Notes under the pieces: generated by a model
Told to the model about the DNA's origin: nothing
The model's input: only the letters and a program-made list of their open reading frames with translations
Databases searched by the model: none
UHGV virus genome: UHGV-0124386
Strand: one strand, 5' to 3'
Source: a virus
DNA: 51,920 nt
Translations under genes and position numbers: made by a program
Shown here: in pieces, positions 1 through 8,807 of the stretch
Layout: each line of letters opens with the position of its first letter
How positions within the stretch are numbered: the stretch's first letter is position 1

Positions 1-231
1 TTATGTGTTATCTTTGGCTGACGTTAAACCAATCCGATCAAAGAACTGCATTACGTCCTGATAGCGGTACATAACGCCACGCCCGGTCCCAAGTACGTCA
101 ACCGGGTCGGGGAACGGAGTTCCGTTCCGTTCCCATTTTTTACGCCATAAGTAAAACGTTCCCCTGCTAATTCCCCCAAGCATCCGGCAGATAGCAGGGC
201 GACTAAGAAGGATTGTCCCGGTTTTATCCAT
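1..231 (-). CDS. AlpA/Xis-family excisionase-like DNA-binding protein (76 aa)
   Basis: ORF track; pattern G.SRGTFY...FPDP...Y..DV..F typical of AlpA/phage excisionase winged-helix proteins; last gene of the leftward operon, integrase expected beyond window start. Confidence 0.55.
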   Translation of the reverse strand: MDKTGTILLSRPAICRMLGGISRGTFYLWRKKWERNGTPFPDPVDVLGTGRGVMYRYQDVMQFFDRIGLTSAKDNT

Positions 232-890
232 TATTTATCCCCCGTGTATTCAACGTGTCCGATACATCCGTCAATAATAGCTTGCGCCATGTTGCGATAA
301 TCGCACGAAAATTCGTTGTCGCGGTTAAAGTTAATCTCTTTCGCCGCATCTTCACCGATAACCTTAGTAGCCAGTGCGAAAGCAATTTCAGCAAGTGCCT
401 TTTCTTTCTGGTCAATGTGAATGCGATAAGAGTATTGTTTCCATGTAATTACCGTTTCCACATCTGATATTAATTTACTGTGAGCGATAGCCCAATTATC
501 ACCGAGATATAAAAACTTGACGACATCAAGAACCGTTCCGCTGGTCATACCTACACAATCAAGCCACACATTAACAGGAGGTTTATCACCTACGGCCCAT
601 TCCGTTTTTTCTGGTTGCGTTTCGCAATCATGCCGCTCATCTTCGATTAATTCATCAATGATCTCACTTTCTTTATTCATGCCGTCATCATCCTTATTAG
701 ATAAATTAGCGTATTTATCAAATTTCCAGCTTGCAGCCATAACCGAATAAGTGCCGCCATCCGCGCGAATACCCAATAAATAGTATGATCCAAAATTATA
801 TTCTGTGCGGCATGTTGTTACCTCAAACGATGGGTAACACTCAGGGTTAGTGCGATGGCTAATCACGCCAATTGCTTTAAGTTTATTCAT
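231..890 (-). CDS. hypothetical phage protein (219 aa)
   Basis: Long ORF, start codon overlaps downstream gene by 1 nt (operon packing); no recognisable motif. Confidence 0.45.
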   Translation of the reverse strand: MNKLKAIGVISHRTNPECYPSFEVTTCRTEYNFGSYYLLGIRADGGTYSVMAASWKFDKYANLSNKDDDGMNKESEIIDELIEDERHDCETQPEKTEWAVGDKPPVNVWLDCVGMTSGTVLDVVKFLYLGDNWAIAHSKLISDVETVITWKQYSYRIHIDQKEKALAEIAFALATKVIGEDAAKEINFNRDNEFSCDYRNMAQAIIDGCIGHVEYTGDK

Positions 891-904
891 TTGCTTATCC
901 TCAA

Positions 905-1081
905 TTACGCCACAGTTACATTGTCAACTTTGATAAAATATTCAGGGTGATTTTCTATTTCGTGCTTAAAGTGCGCGTGACACAATCGCCAATCACGCAC
1001 CTGGTTGTGAAAGTAATAAACGTATTCGCCATCAATCTTATACAAAATGCCTGTAGGTTTAGCCATGTAATAACGAGCCAT
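905..1081 (-). CDS. small hypothetical protein (58 aa), translationally coupled to ninB
   Basis: Hand-translated MARYYMAKPTGILYKIDGEYVYYFHNQVRDWRLCHAHFKHEIENHPEYFIKVDNVTVA; its ATG overlaps the ninB stop (TAATG); below ORF-track size cutoff. Confidence 0.3.
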   Translation of the reverse strand: MARYYMAKPTGILYKIDGEYVYYFHNQVRDWRLCHAHFKHEIENHPEYFIKVDNVTVA

Positions 1082-1512
1082 TATTGCCCCCAGCGTTTTA
1101 TGAATTCCTCGTTTAATTTCGTATCACCCGACCATTGAACATCATGTTCAGCACCGAACGAGTAAATTAATTCGATTAGTTCACTGAATTCTGATTTACT
1201 CATTCGACTTGTAGATGTTCCCAATACAACGAAGCCGGATTTATCCAGATTAGGCACGACGCCATATTTTTTAAGCCCGGCGGTGAATACCGCTTTCCAG
1301 TCTTCCGGCGACAGCTTCTTACCGTACCAATTAACCTGATCACTAATGTCGGTTAGCAACGCCCATAGAAGGCTATTTTGGCTTAGCGAGCGGGTTTTCT
1401 CCTGGATGGTAATTATCAGCGGGCTTTTGCTATCAGGCTGGATCTCTCTTATCTGCCTGATAGCGTTTTCTTTTACGGCGTCGTTAACTACTTCAAACCT
1501 AATTTGTCTCAT
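1081..1512 (-). CDS. ninB: NinB (Orf) family recombination protein (143 aa)
   Basis: Translation aligns along its length with recalled lambda NinB/Orf (e.g. ITIQEKTRSLSQNSLLW vs VTIQERNRSLDQNRKLW; PNLDKSGFVVLGTSTSRMSKSEFSELIELIYSFG vs PNLAGNGFVVIGQSTSRMRVGEFAELLELIQAFG). Confidence 0.8.
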   Translation of the reverse strand: MRQIRFEVVNDAVKENAIRQIREIQPDSKSPLIITIQEKTRSLSQNSLLWALLTDISDQVNWYGKKLSPEDWKAVFTAGLKKYGVVPNLDKSGFVVLGTSTSRMSKSEFSELIELIYSFGAEHDVQWSGDTKLNEEFIKRWGQ

Positions 1513-1730
1513 AATACACCGTTGCTATTTTTCCACTGCGCCCGCGCATACATGATCGCCCGCAAAGAAATTAGCCGCGAGCTTGTCATGAAAGCGCTTT
1601 TTAAGTATCTCATATCAACCACAACAGGCTTATCAGGATTATCGCCTCTCATGTATTCCGCAATTGTGCTAAAGTCTTCTAATGTTAAATCTAATTCCTT
1701 ATTCATGACAGCCCCCTCTGCACAATCCAC
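1509..1730 (-). CDS. hypothetical protein (start uncertain, up to 73 aa)
   Basis: ORF track; packed between ninB and upstream genes with overlapping boundaries. Confidence 0.3.
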   Translation of the reverse strand: MDCAEGAVMNKELDLTLEDFSTIAEYMRGDNPDKPVVVDMRYLKSAFMTSSRLISLRAIMYARAQWKNSNGVL

Positions 1731-1924
1731 ATTGTGCTTCTTAATTCCCCACGCAGCGCCCGTAATGCATCGCGCATTGGCACGAAAACCCGGTTAAATT
1801 TTACGTGTTTATATTTCCGCATCAGTGGCGGCGTATAAACCATCGCGCCGCAAGAATTGCATGGAAAACGGAAATGTGATTCATCAATGAATGTTTCAAC
1901 TGAATAAAAGATTACCCGTCTCAT
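1703..1924 (-). CDS. hypothetical protein (73 aa, CxxC-containing)
   Basis: ORF track; FPCNSCG motif; overlapping boundaries with neighbours. Confidence 0.3.
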   Translation of the reverse strand: MRRVIFYSVETFIDESHFRFPCNSCGAMVYTPPLMRKYKHVKFNRVFVPMRDALRALRGELRSTMWIVQRGLS

Positions 1925-2484
1925 AATTCTAACCCCGTTTCGCTGTTAAGTTTTTCGATTTCAAATACTGGTTTATCCGGCAGCAGGCCGTTATTTTTCC
2001 GGTATTCGTTCAGGCGGCTGTTAAATTCAAATACGATAGGACTCGAACAACCATAGAAGCGAGCTGATCTAAAAAAGTATTTCCCATCAAATTTATTAAC
2101 TGTTAATAAATTTTCACTGCCTAACATCTTTAAAACCCGACAAATTTTCCTCTGTTTTATTTCGAGTTTTAATTCTTTTTTAACATCCTCAGCAGAAAAA
2201 TAATCGCTACTATTCAGAAATAAAGGCATGATTTTTTTTATTGCCATTTCGCGCACTGACTTCAAGCAATATGATAATCGCGGCCCTCCCATTTCCACAG
2301 GAATAATAGCGCCGTCAGAAACCATATCACGCAAACTATTAACGATCTCGATTCCAGGACCTGGAATAGATTTAATAATTGTTGCTTCACCAGCAACAGT
2401 GGCATCCTGTAAAAATTTCGCTATTTGTGTTTTATAAATGGTTTTCATTGTTTCTAGCCTCGTTTTAAGCACAAAAACATCCAC
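1921..2484 (-). CDS. hypothetical protein (187 aa)
   Basis: ORF track; no recognisable motif. Confidence 0.4.
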   Translation of the reverse strand: MDVFVLKTRLETMKTIYKTQIAKFLQDATVAGEATIIKSIPGPGIEIVNSLRDMVSDGAIIPVEMGGPRLSYCLKSVREMAIKKIMPLFLNSSDYFSAEDVKKELKLEIKQRKICRVLKMLGSENLLTVNKFDGKYFFRSARFYGCSSPIVFEFNSRLNEYRKNNGLLPDKPVFEIEKLNSETGLEL

Positions 2485-2527
2485 CAGAAAGCGGTCAACT
2501 TTCCGGTAAGCCGTTTGCTCAAGTTAA

Positions 2528-3949
2528 TTAAAAAGATGCGTTGCTCTGGCTGTTTCGTGGGGAGAATCGACTTGCCGCCGGACGTTGTTGCATTGACTGA
2601 ATGCAAGCGGACGCCGCGCGGGCCTGGTCGCATGGGATGATGTTGCCGTTATCGTCAAACCGCTGGTAAACAGTCCCCGTTTTCCCGTGACGGTTTTTTG
2701 AAACGATGATCTCCATATATTCGCGGGCAACCGATTGTTCGTTGTAGTAGCCGTCGCGGTAGACCATGATGATCCGGTCTGCGTCCTGTTCAAGATTACC
2801 GGAATCACGCAGATCAGAATTGTTCGGGCGCTTGTTCGGTCGTTCCTCAACGCGGCGGGATAATTGCGCCAGTGCCGCCACTGGCACGCGCAACTCTTTC
2901 GCCATCATTTTCAATGACCGCGACAATTGCCCTACGGCGAGATCATGACGTTCGGCCTTAGCCAGTTTCATTAACCCGATATAGTCAATCATCACCATCC
3001 CCAGGTTATGATGGTCCTGTTTCATCCGTTCGACGGTGGCGCGTATTTCCTCGACCGTTAACTGCGATGCGTCAACAATCCACACATCGAGATCGGCAAG
3101 GGCACTCATTCCCTGGGCGACGTGCGCCCAACCTTCGTCATCCAGTTTTACCGGATTACGTAGGCAATCCGTTGATAAGTTCCCAGCGCCAGCGATAGCA
3201 CGTTCAGTCATCTGATCGAGCGACATTTCAAGCGTGAACAGCAAAACGCCGACCCGCTGACCTTCGCCTCCAGGGTATGGGCGTTCAGCCGCCGCGCGGG
3301 CAATTGCCAACGCCAACGCCGATTTACCAGACCCTGGGCGTCCGGCGATAAGCACCAGATCAGTAGCGTTAATGCCGCCTAACATTTCGTCGAGTGGGTC
3401 AATCCCTGTTTTGATGTTGTCAGAGTTCACGCCACACTCCATGCGTTTACTTAACACTTCCGTGTATTCCTGGACCGCATCGCGCAACAGCACCGGGATA
3501 ATTTGATCTTTTGTTACCTTTAATTTTGAATACCGGGAATCAAAATCTTTCATCGTCTCCCTGACGACTTCAAGCGTCCCTGTTTCCAGCTTGTAGCGAA
3601 TGTCTTCCATTAGTTCCAGCATTTGCCGACGCTGGTGTTCTTCCTGTAGTAGTTGCGCATATCCTTTCAGGTTGGCAGCAGAAGGGCACGATCGTGCCGT
3701 TTGCATTAGCGGTACAAAGTTTTCATTGCCAATCTCATCGCCAACCAATAACGCGTCGATAAGATTCCTGTTTCTGGCTTGCGCCCGGATAACTTCAAAC
3801 GCACGTTTATAAAGCGGGATCGTGAACACTTCAGGATCAAGTGTGGCGAGAACATCTTGAGCGTTAGGAGTAAGGCCACCTAACAGCAGCCCGCCGATAA
3901 CTGACGCTTCACGTTCCTGCCGTAGTGAGTTTATTTGCTCAGTTACCAT
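2528..3949 (-). CDS. DnaB-family replicative DNA helicase (P22 gene 12-like, 473 aa)
   Basis: Walker A GRPGSGKS, DnaB-like motifs (MIDYIGLM, SRRVEER, DSGNLEQDADRI, IVSKNRHG); position in replication module. Confidence 0.9.
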   Translation of the reverse strand: MVTEQINSLRQEREASVIGGLLLGGLTPNAQDVLATLDPEVFTIPLYKRAFEVIRAQARNRNLIDALLVGDEIGNENFVPLMQTARSCPSAANLKGYAQLLQEEHQRRQMLELMEDIRYKLETGTLEVVRETMKDFDSRYSKLKVTKDQIIPVLLRDAVQEYTEVLSKRMECGVNSDNIKTGIDPLDEMLGGINATDLVLIAGRPGSGKSALALAIARAAAERPYPGGEGQRVGVLLFTLEMSLDQMTERAIAGAGNLSTDCLRNPVKLDDEGWAHVAQGMSALADLDVWIVDASQLTVEEIRATVERMKQDHHNLGMVMIDYIGLMKLAKAERHDLAVGQLSRSLKMMAKELRVPVAALAQLSRRVEERPNKRPNNSDLRDSGNLEQDADRIIMVYRDGYYNEQSVAREYMEIIVSKNRHGKTGTVYQRFDDNGNIIPCDQARAASACIQSMQQRPAASRFSPRNSQSNASF

Positions 3950-3967
3950 TATGTTATTGCCTCCTGT

Positions 3968-5086
3968 TTACAAAATGGAATATTCAGGGTAATAAACAAA
4001 GCGCCCGATCTCCCCATGATCCGGGCTGTAAATAATCACCGCTGCCAGACGCCGCGACCGCCAGCCGCCATTAATTGAATAAGCGTCTTTACCCGCTAAT
4101 GTGCCGTGATACTCAACAACGCCTAGCGATGATTCAATCAGCCGTTGATGGTGCCAGTGCCCGCAATGAGCGTAAACCGCCGCAGACTTGCCGAAATCCT
4201 CACGCCAGTCAGCTACGCAAGCAGACAATAAATTTTCCGGCTTTTTGATAGTGTGCCCGTGGTGGTAAGCAAGGAATGTTTTGCCGTACTGTGTGTGGTG
4301 GACGATAGCAGGGGACACATCAACAGTTACGCGCGGTTCATCTTCGTAAAAAGCCGCCAGCGCAGCACGTAGCCAAATCATACCAGACTGGTCGTGATTG
4401 CCTGATAGTACCTGGATTTCAATATCCCTATGATTTAACAACATCTTCCCGACAGCCCGCCGGACCGACCTGATCGCTACATAGACAAGTTTTGCATAGC
4501 GCGAATCGCAATCAAGAACGTGATTGCTTGATGGCGTAACTGGCAACAGCCCGTCAGTGTGAAGAACATCCCCACCGAGAAGCAAAACAGCTTTCTCAGA
4601 CATCGGCGCAGCGCCTACAGCGTAGTCAAAGAATTCATTCAATACGCGCTCAGCGATCCCAGTGTCGTAACTCTCGCCGCATTCAGCTTTATGAGCAAGC
4701 GCCCCGATATGCAGATCAAATACCGGATAAAGGGCCAGGCTTTTTTGAAAATCAATTTCCGGCACTGGCACGGCCTCCGCGCGTGGGATTTCTTCAGTGA
4801 AAGCGTCGCGGGCCGCTTCCATTAGCCTTTCCATTTCATCGCGATCACGGGCTGTTTTAATCCAGCGCATGACTGTATTCCCATCCTTATCGACAAGAAC
4901 CGACTCACCAGTAACGCCAAAACCAGGGGCGCGGCGCGTTGATAATAAACCGCGTTTCGCCAGCTTTGCGCCCAGCCGCTCGACGTTGCGTTTTGACATG
5001 CCATATTTTTCAGCGATCTGCTTGTACGTTAAACCGTTGTTATATTCAGCGATCAATTGCTCATCGCTGATTTTTCTTTGCGACAT
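3968..5086 (-). CDS. N-terminal HTH domain fused to calcineurin-like metallophosphoesterase (372 aa)
   Basis: N-terminal HTH-like segment (LTYKQIAEKYGMSKRNVERLGAKLAKRGLL); phosphoesterase motifs DLHIG, GGDVLH, GNHD, HHGH, GHWHH; SD GAGGA upstream of ATG at 5086. Confidence 0.6.
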   Translation of the reverse strand: MSQRKISDEQLIAEYNNGLTYKQIAEKYGMSKRNVERLGAKLAKRGLLSTRRAPGFGVTGESVLVDKDGNTVMRWIKTARDRDEMERLMEAARDAFTEEIPRAEAVPVPEIDFQKSLALYPVFDLHIGALAHKAECGESYDTGIAERVLNEFFDYAVGAAPMSEKAVLLLGGDVLHTDGLLPVTPSSNHVLDCDSRYAKLVYVAIRSVRRAVGKMLLNHRDIEIQVLSGNHDQSGMIWLRAALAAFYEDEPRVTVDVSPAIVHHTQYGKTFLAYHHGHTIKKPENLLSACVADWREDFGKSAAVYAHCGHWHHQRLIESSLGVVEYHGTLAGKDAYSINGGWRSRRLAAVIIYSPDHGEIGRFVYYPEYSIL

Positions 5087-5119
5087 AATGTTATTTCCTC
5101 ATGTTTACATTTTGTATAT

Positions 5120-6043
5120 TTATTGACAGCAAACAATCTCTTTATATGTTTCTTCTACCATGTCGAATACTTCCGGCCTGTAATAAAAAAATTCAGTGCT
5201 ACCATCAAACTTAACAGGGAAGTTTATTTTATAGTCACTGAAAGCATCGTGCATTTTGCTTTCTATTTCCTGCATAATCTCAGTAGGCCCATTCCATGTT
5301 TTAACTACCTGTAAATCAGTCAGCCTTACACCTGCCTTACGAGCACTTTTAAATACTCTGTTCCTCCTTTCGTTCTCTTTTACGCTTACACCAATTTTCA
5401 TTTGTGTAGGCACTTCAAGATCATCAACCATGATGTAAAGTTTTCCGTTGTAGTGTGATAAAAACCCGTATTTAGCGCATTTCGGGCAACCGCGCCCGCT
5501 CTTAATGTCTCTAGGTTTAGCCGACCACTCATGATCACAAACCTTGCAGCGGCATAATACTTTTGTACTGTTATTAACTATTTCAACCAGCACTTCAATA
5601 TCAGGATTAACCTTAGCAATAGCCGATATTTGTTCTTCATGCGATATTTTTTTGCCTTGCGCTCGTTTTAGCACCGCACATTTCTGGCAACCGCTCCCGA
5701 TCTTAAGGCTTTTAGGTGTAGAATACCACTCATGATCACAAACCTTGCAGCGGCATAATACTTTTATTTTGTCGCCGGTAATTTCCCCAAGCACTTCAAT
5801 ATCAGGATTAACCTTAGCAATAGCCGATATTTGTTCTTCATGCGATAACTTCATATTCCCAGCGCATTTCTGGCAACCACGTCCATATTTAATATTGCTA
5901 GGTGTAGCCGACCATTCATGGTTACAAACTTTGCAGCGACATAATACTTTTGTACTGTTATTAACAATTTCCCCTAACACTTCAACATCAGGATTAACTT
6001 TCGCGATAGCTGCAACTTGTTCTTCATGTGTTAACTTGCGCAT
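5120..6043 (-). CDS. protein with three tandem zinc-ribbon repeats and a C-terminal T5orf172 (GIY-YIG-like) domain (307 aa)
   Basis: Three ~60-aa repeats HEEQ.AAIAKVNPD.EVLGEI..KVLCRCKVC.HEW..P..K.G.GC.KC; C-terminal KIGVS...GSTEFF signature resembling T5orf172; strong SD AAGGAG. Confidence 0.6.
   Translation of the reverse strand: MRKLTHEEQVAAIAKVNPDVEVLGEIVNNSTKVLCRCKVCNHEWSATPSNIKYGRGCQKCAGNMKLSHEEQISAIAKVNPDIEVLGEITGDKIKVLCRCKVCDHEWYSTPKSLKIGSGCQKCAVLKRAQGKKISHEEQISAIAKVNPDIEVLVEIVNNSTKVLCRCKVCDHEWSAKPRDIKSGRGCPKCAKYGFLSHYNGKLYIMVDDLEVPTQMKIGVSVKENERRNRVFKSARKAGVRLTDLQVVKTWNGPTEIMQEIESKMHDAFSDYKINFPVKFDGSTEFFYYRPEVFDMVEETYKEIVCCQ
5476..6028. repeat. triplicated ~190-200 bp tandem repeat inside the zinc-ribbon/T5orf172 gene
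   Basis: Antisense ORFs 5544.. and 5745.. both begin MQRHNTF and a third copy follows; protein shows three near-identical modules; coordinates approximate. Confidence 0.7.
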
Positions 6044-6182
6044 CGCTCCAACTCCTTAAGAACATCATGCGCGCTACAACGCAAAAACCCACCGCGACAC
6101 CCGTTTGCACAGGTTGCAGTGTCTTATTGCGTCAGAGACGCCATCAGGTGGCTAATTTTCGATTTACAGAATGGTAGGTAGG

Positions 6183-6284
6183 TTATGGATTGATTAGCAG
6201 GTACAGACCGCCGAACAAGGCGACGTTAACAGCGATTGCCGCAGCGATGGCAAAAGCCAGGGCGAAAACGTGTTTACCGTCCAT
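6183..6284 (-). CDS. small hydrophobic peptide (33 aa) MDGKHVFALAFAIAAAIAVNVALFGGLYLLINP
   Basis: Hand-translated; SD GAGAGGA about 8 nt upstream of ATG; single predicted TM segment; below ORF-track cutoff. Confidence 0.3.
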   Translation of the reverse strand: MDGKHVFALAFAIAAAIAVNVALFGGLYLLINP

Positions 6285-6417
6285 TTTAAAATCCTCTCTG
6301 TAACGCTCTATAACGAGCTAATCGCAAAAAGGTAAGCAAGTGTAGCACCACATGCGATTTAGCTCGCTGGTGAGGTTGTTTTGTGGGTAATTTTGGATTT
6401 TTGCGGATCGTGATTGG

Positions 6418-7470
6418 TCAAAGAACGCCAGCGCGCGTATCACGTAGCGTTTTTGGTTTAAGCAGGAAATCAAGTGTCGCGGTGAAGCCATCGCCGAAGT
6501 AAAAATCTGAAGCCGTGTTTTTGAACGTTTCGAAGTAGGCGACAAAGCCGTTAATGCTTTTGTCTTTCAGGTAGTCAGTGAACGCATAGATCTTGCGTTC
6601 AAGATCCCGATCCAGTTCGGCAGGTGGTAACAGGCCGTCAAACGTGCTGTTAAATGCTTCCACCACGTCGGCAGCGTTTACAGTGGCTGACAGTTTGCGC
6701 CATTGTTCAGCATCAGTCAGATACCCATCAAATTTAGTTACCCGGCAAATGTTGATAGGCTTAGGTACTCCACCACGGCTACGCCATTGGGTTAAAGCCC
6801 ACTCAATTACTAACGTGATCTCATTCTCCGTATACGCTTTACGTGTTTTTGTTTCTGTCAGTAGTTCTACGAATGGCTTAGCATCACGACATTTGCATCC
6901 TGCCTTGTCGTTGTAGAAGGCAAGGCAACGCAATGCCGCTTCGTTTACGCCATCCTGATTGACCATTTTTTGTTCATTTTCGACAATACACGAAGTGTAT
7001 ATATCTTTTTCTCTTTCTTTTTCTACTTCTAATTCTAATTCATGACCCTTTCCTGACCCGGTCATGACCCTATCATGACCTTTTTGTGTTGGATTGATTA
7101 ACTTTTCTAATTTTAATTGCTCCTTCGCTGTGTTTATGGCGGCCCTGTAAGCGCTTTTAGAAGTCATTGATTGGTCCAGCCTTTTCAATAACTTTAAACA
7201 AGTTATGTGGCCTTGAGAACATTCAAACAAACCAATTTCGATGAAGTATTTCATCATTTCTTCTATACGTTTTTCAGTAGATCCGACGTTTCGCGCAATT
7301 ATTCTTGCGTCATGTCGTAGGTCAAAAGTTAGATTGTGCTGATCTACGTCATAAGTTATTAGTTCTAGGCAATACCAATAAAGCCCGTACCCTTCCAGGC
7401 CATAATCTAACAAAACGTTTTGAAGTTTTTCATCGCGGTTCGCATCGCTGTCATGCTTAAACCACTTCAT
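6418..7470 (-). CDS. replication initiation protein / phage replisome organizer (O-like, 350 aa)
   Basis: N-terminus MKWFKHDSDANRDEKL typical of phage replisome-organizer N-terminal domain; position upstream of helicase. Confidence 0.7.
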   Translation of the reverse strand: MKWFKHDSDANRDEKLQNVLLDYGLEGYGLYWYCLELITYDVDQHNLTFDLRHDARIIARNVGSTEKRIEEMMKYFIEIGLFECSQGHITCLKLLKRLDQSMTSKSAYRAAINTAKEQLKLEKLINPTQKGHDRVMTGSGKGHELELEVEKEREKDIYTSCIVENEQKMVNQDGVNEAALRCLAFYNDKAGCKCRDAKPFVELLTETKTRKAYTENEITLVIEWALTQWRSRGGVPKPINICRVTKFDGYLTDAEQWRKLSATVNAADVVEAFNSTFDGLLPPAELDRDLERKIYAFTDYLKDKSINGFVAYFETFKNTASDFYFGDGFTATLDFLLKPKTLRDTRAGVL

Positions 7471-7473
7471 AGA

Positions 7474-7731
7474 TCATCCCTCCGGCAACATCACTACATA
7501 GACATCACTGAATGCATCAAGACGACAAACAAATCCTTTATCCATTAACGCGGCGAAGGCATCATGTACCGTATGAACAGGAAGTTCACACATTGCGGCT
7601 ACTTCTTTGCGTGATGCATCATGTACCCGTCCTTTGTTATCTGCCTTTTCAGCCAGAGCCATTAAGACAAGTTTTTGAATCGGGCTGTTAAGTTTTACGT
7701 TCCATACTTCATTCATCATGTGCATACTCAT
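7474..7731 (-). CDS. HTH DNA-binding regulator at Cro/CII position (85 aa from ATG 7731; ORF track extends to TTG at 7809)
   Basis: Strong SD AGGAGA 7 nt upstream of ATG at 7731; HTH-like segment SRKEVAAMCELPVHTVHDAFAALMDKGFV; first gene of the leftward operon. Confidence 0.5.
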   Translation of the reverse strand: MSMHMMNEVWNVKLNSPIQKLVLMALAEKADNKGRVHDASRKEVAAMCELPVHTVHDAFAALMDKGFVCRLDAFSDVYVVMLPEG

Positions 7732-8036
7732 CGTGTTTTCTCCTATGGTTAGAGTGAACGCGCGGGCGGGCATCCCATTAGCATTAGATAGCAGTGACTG
7801 ACCGCTCAACAGATCCCGCCGTTGCGTGATATTTGTTTTTCGCTTCGCAGCGACACCGGATTTTTAAAGAGCTTAAGGTAAGTGCCTTTTTGTGCCTTCC
7901 GTTATCTTTTTCCTTGCGTCTTTGCAAGTATGGCCTTACCTTGTCTGCAAGTTTACAAAATGGAATTTTAAGATCAAGGCTTAAAATACACGTTTTGTGA
8001 CTTGCATCAAACTTTTTGAGGTTATAGGGTAGCGAC
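7732..8036. promoter_or_regulatory. divergent immunity control region between Cro-like gene and CI-like repressor
   Basis: About 300 bp non-coding; contains inverted repeat ATTTTAAG-N7-CTTAAAAT (about 7964-7986) extended by ACAAAA/TTTTGT arms, a GTTTACAAAATGGAAT motif copy (7951-7966) and a TTGCAT -35-like hexamer near 8002. Confidence 0.55.
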
Positions 8037-8684
8037 ATGAAAACAAAATGGTATGACTTAGCAAAGCAGCTCATGCGGGCGCAGGGCATGAGCCAGGATT
8101 CGCTCGCGGATCGTATGGGGATAACTAAAGGCGGCCTGTCACACTGGCTGAACGGTCGCCGAGAGCCAAATCTTGAAGATATTGCGCGGATTATGCGCGA
8201 GCTTGGTCGTCGGCAGTTTACTGTTACACATGATGGCATGGTCATTGATGATTCTGTTTCTAATACACTTCAGGCCGTGCCGCCGCGTGATTTAGGTAGT
8301 TACCCGGTTATTGACTGGAAGGACACAGTAAACAATATGGATGACGCAAGGCGTTCAGCATTACGACACGTTACGACTAGCGTTATTTGTTCAGATGACA
8401 GTTACTGGCTGGTTGCCAAAGGTGAATCAATGAACGCGCCGCAGGGGTTGAGCATCCCGGCGGGGACGATGATACTTGTGGACCCGCACGCGCCAGCTAT
8501 TGACGGCAAACTGGTTATAGCCCAGCTTGAGGAAGGGCAGATACCGACGTTTAAACAGTTGATTATTGATGGAGGTCAAAGGCTTTTACGTTCGCTCAAT
8601 CCGCTGTATCCGCCAATCCCTATGAATCCAGAATCAAAAATTATAGGCGTGGTGGTTGATGCGAAGATCGTAAACCTGCCATAA
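8037..8684 (+). CDS. CI-like repressor, HTH (XRE) + S24 LexA-like peptidase domain (215 aa)
   Basis: N-terminal HTH (QDSLADRMGITKGGLSHWLNGRREP), C-terminal S24 signature GESMNAP with downstream Lys; followed by terminator. Confidence 0.85.
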   Translation: MKTKWYDLAKQLMRAQGMSQDSLADRMGITKGGLSHWLNGRREPNLEDIARIMRELGRRQFTVTHDGMVIDDSVSNTLQAVPPRDLGSYPVIDWKDTVNNMDDARRSALRHVTTSVICSDDSYWLVAKGESMNAPQGLSIPAGTMILVDPHAPAIDGKLVIAQLEEGQIPTFKQLIIDGGQRLLRSLNPLYPPIPMNPESKIIGVVVDAKIVNLP

Positions 8685-8690
8685 ACATGA

Positions 8691-8715
8691 GCCGCCGGAT
8701 GGCGGCTTTTCTTTG
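8691..8715 (+). terminator. rho-independent terminator after repressor gene
   Basis: GCCGCC-GGAT-GGCGGC stem-loop followed by TTTTCTTT. Confidence 0.7.
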
Positions 8716-8807
8716 CCTGAAGAACACCAAAACGTAAACAGAAAACGTTACTTATTGTTTAAATATCAATAGCATATAAAATATTTTAAAAAAGTATACA
8801 AAATGGA

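Noticed and set aside
2524-2948. Antisense and alternative-frame ORFs (2524..2850 minus, 2766..2948 plus) within the helicase gene
   Set aside because: Embedded in the DnaB-like gene, whose motifs are unambiguous; Arg/Ser/Thr-rich translations typical of off-frame GC-rich coding sequence.
7784-8245. 153-aa minus-strand ORF spanning the immunity control region and the start of the repressor gene
   Set aside because: Overlaps the strongly supported CI-like gene on the opposite strand and the non-coding operator region; no RBS; likely a chance ORF.
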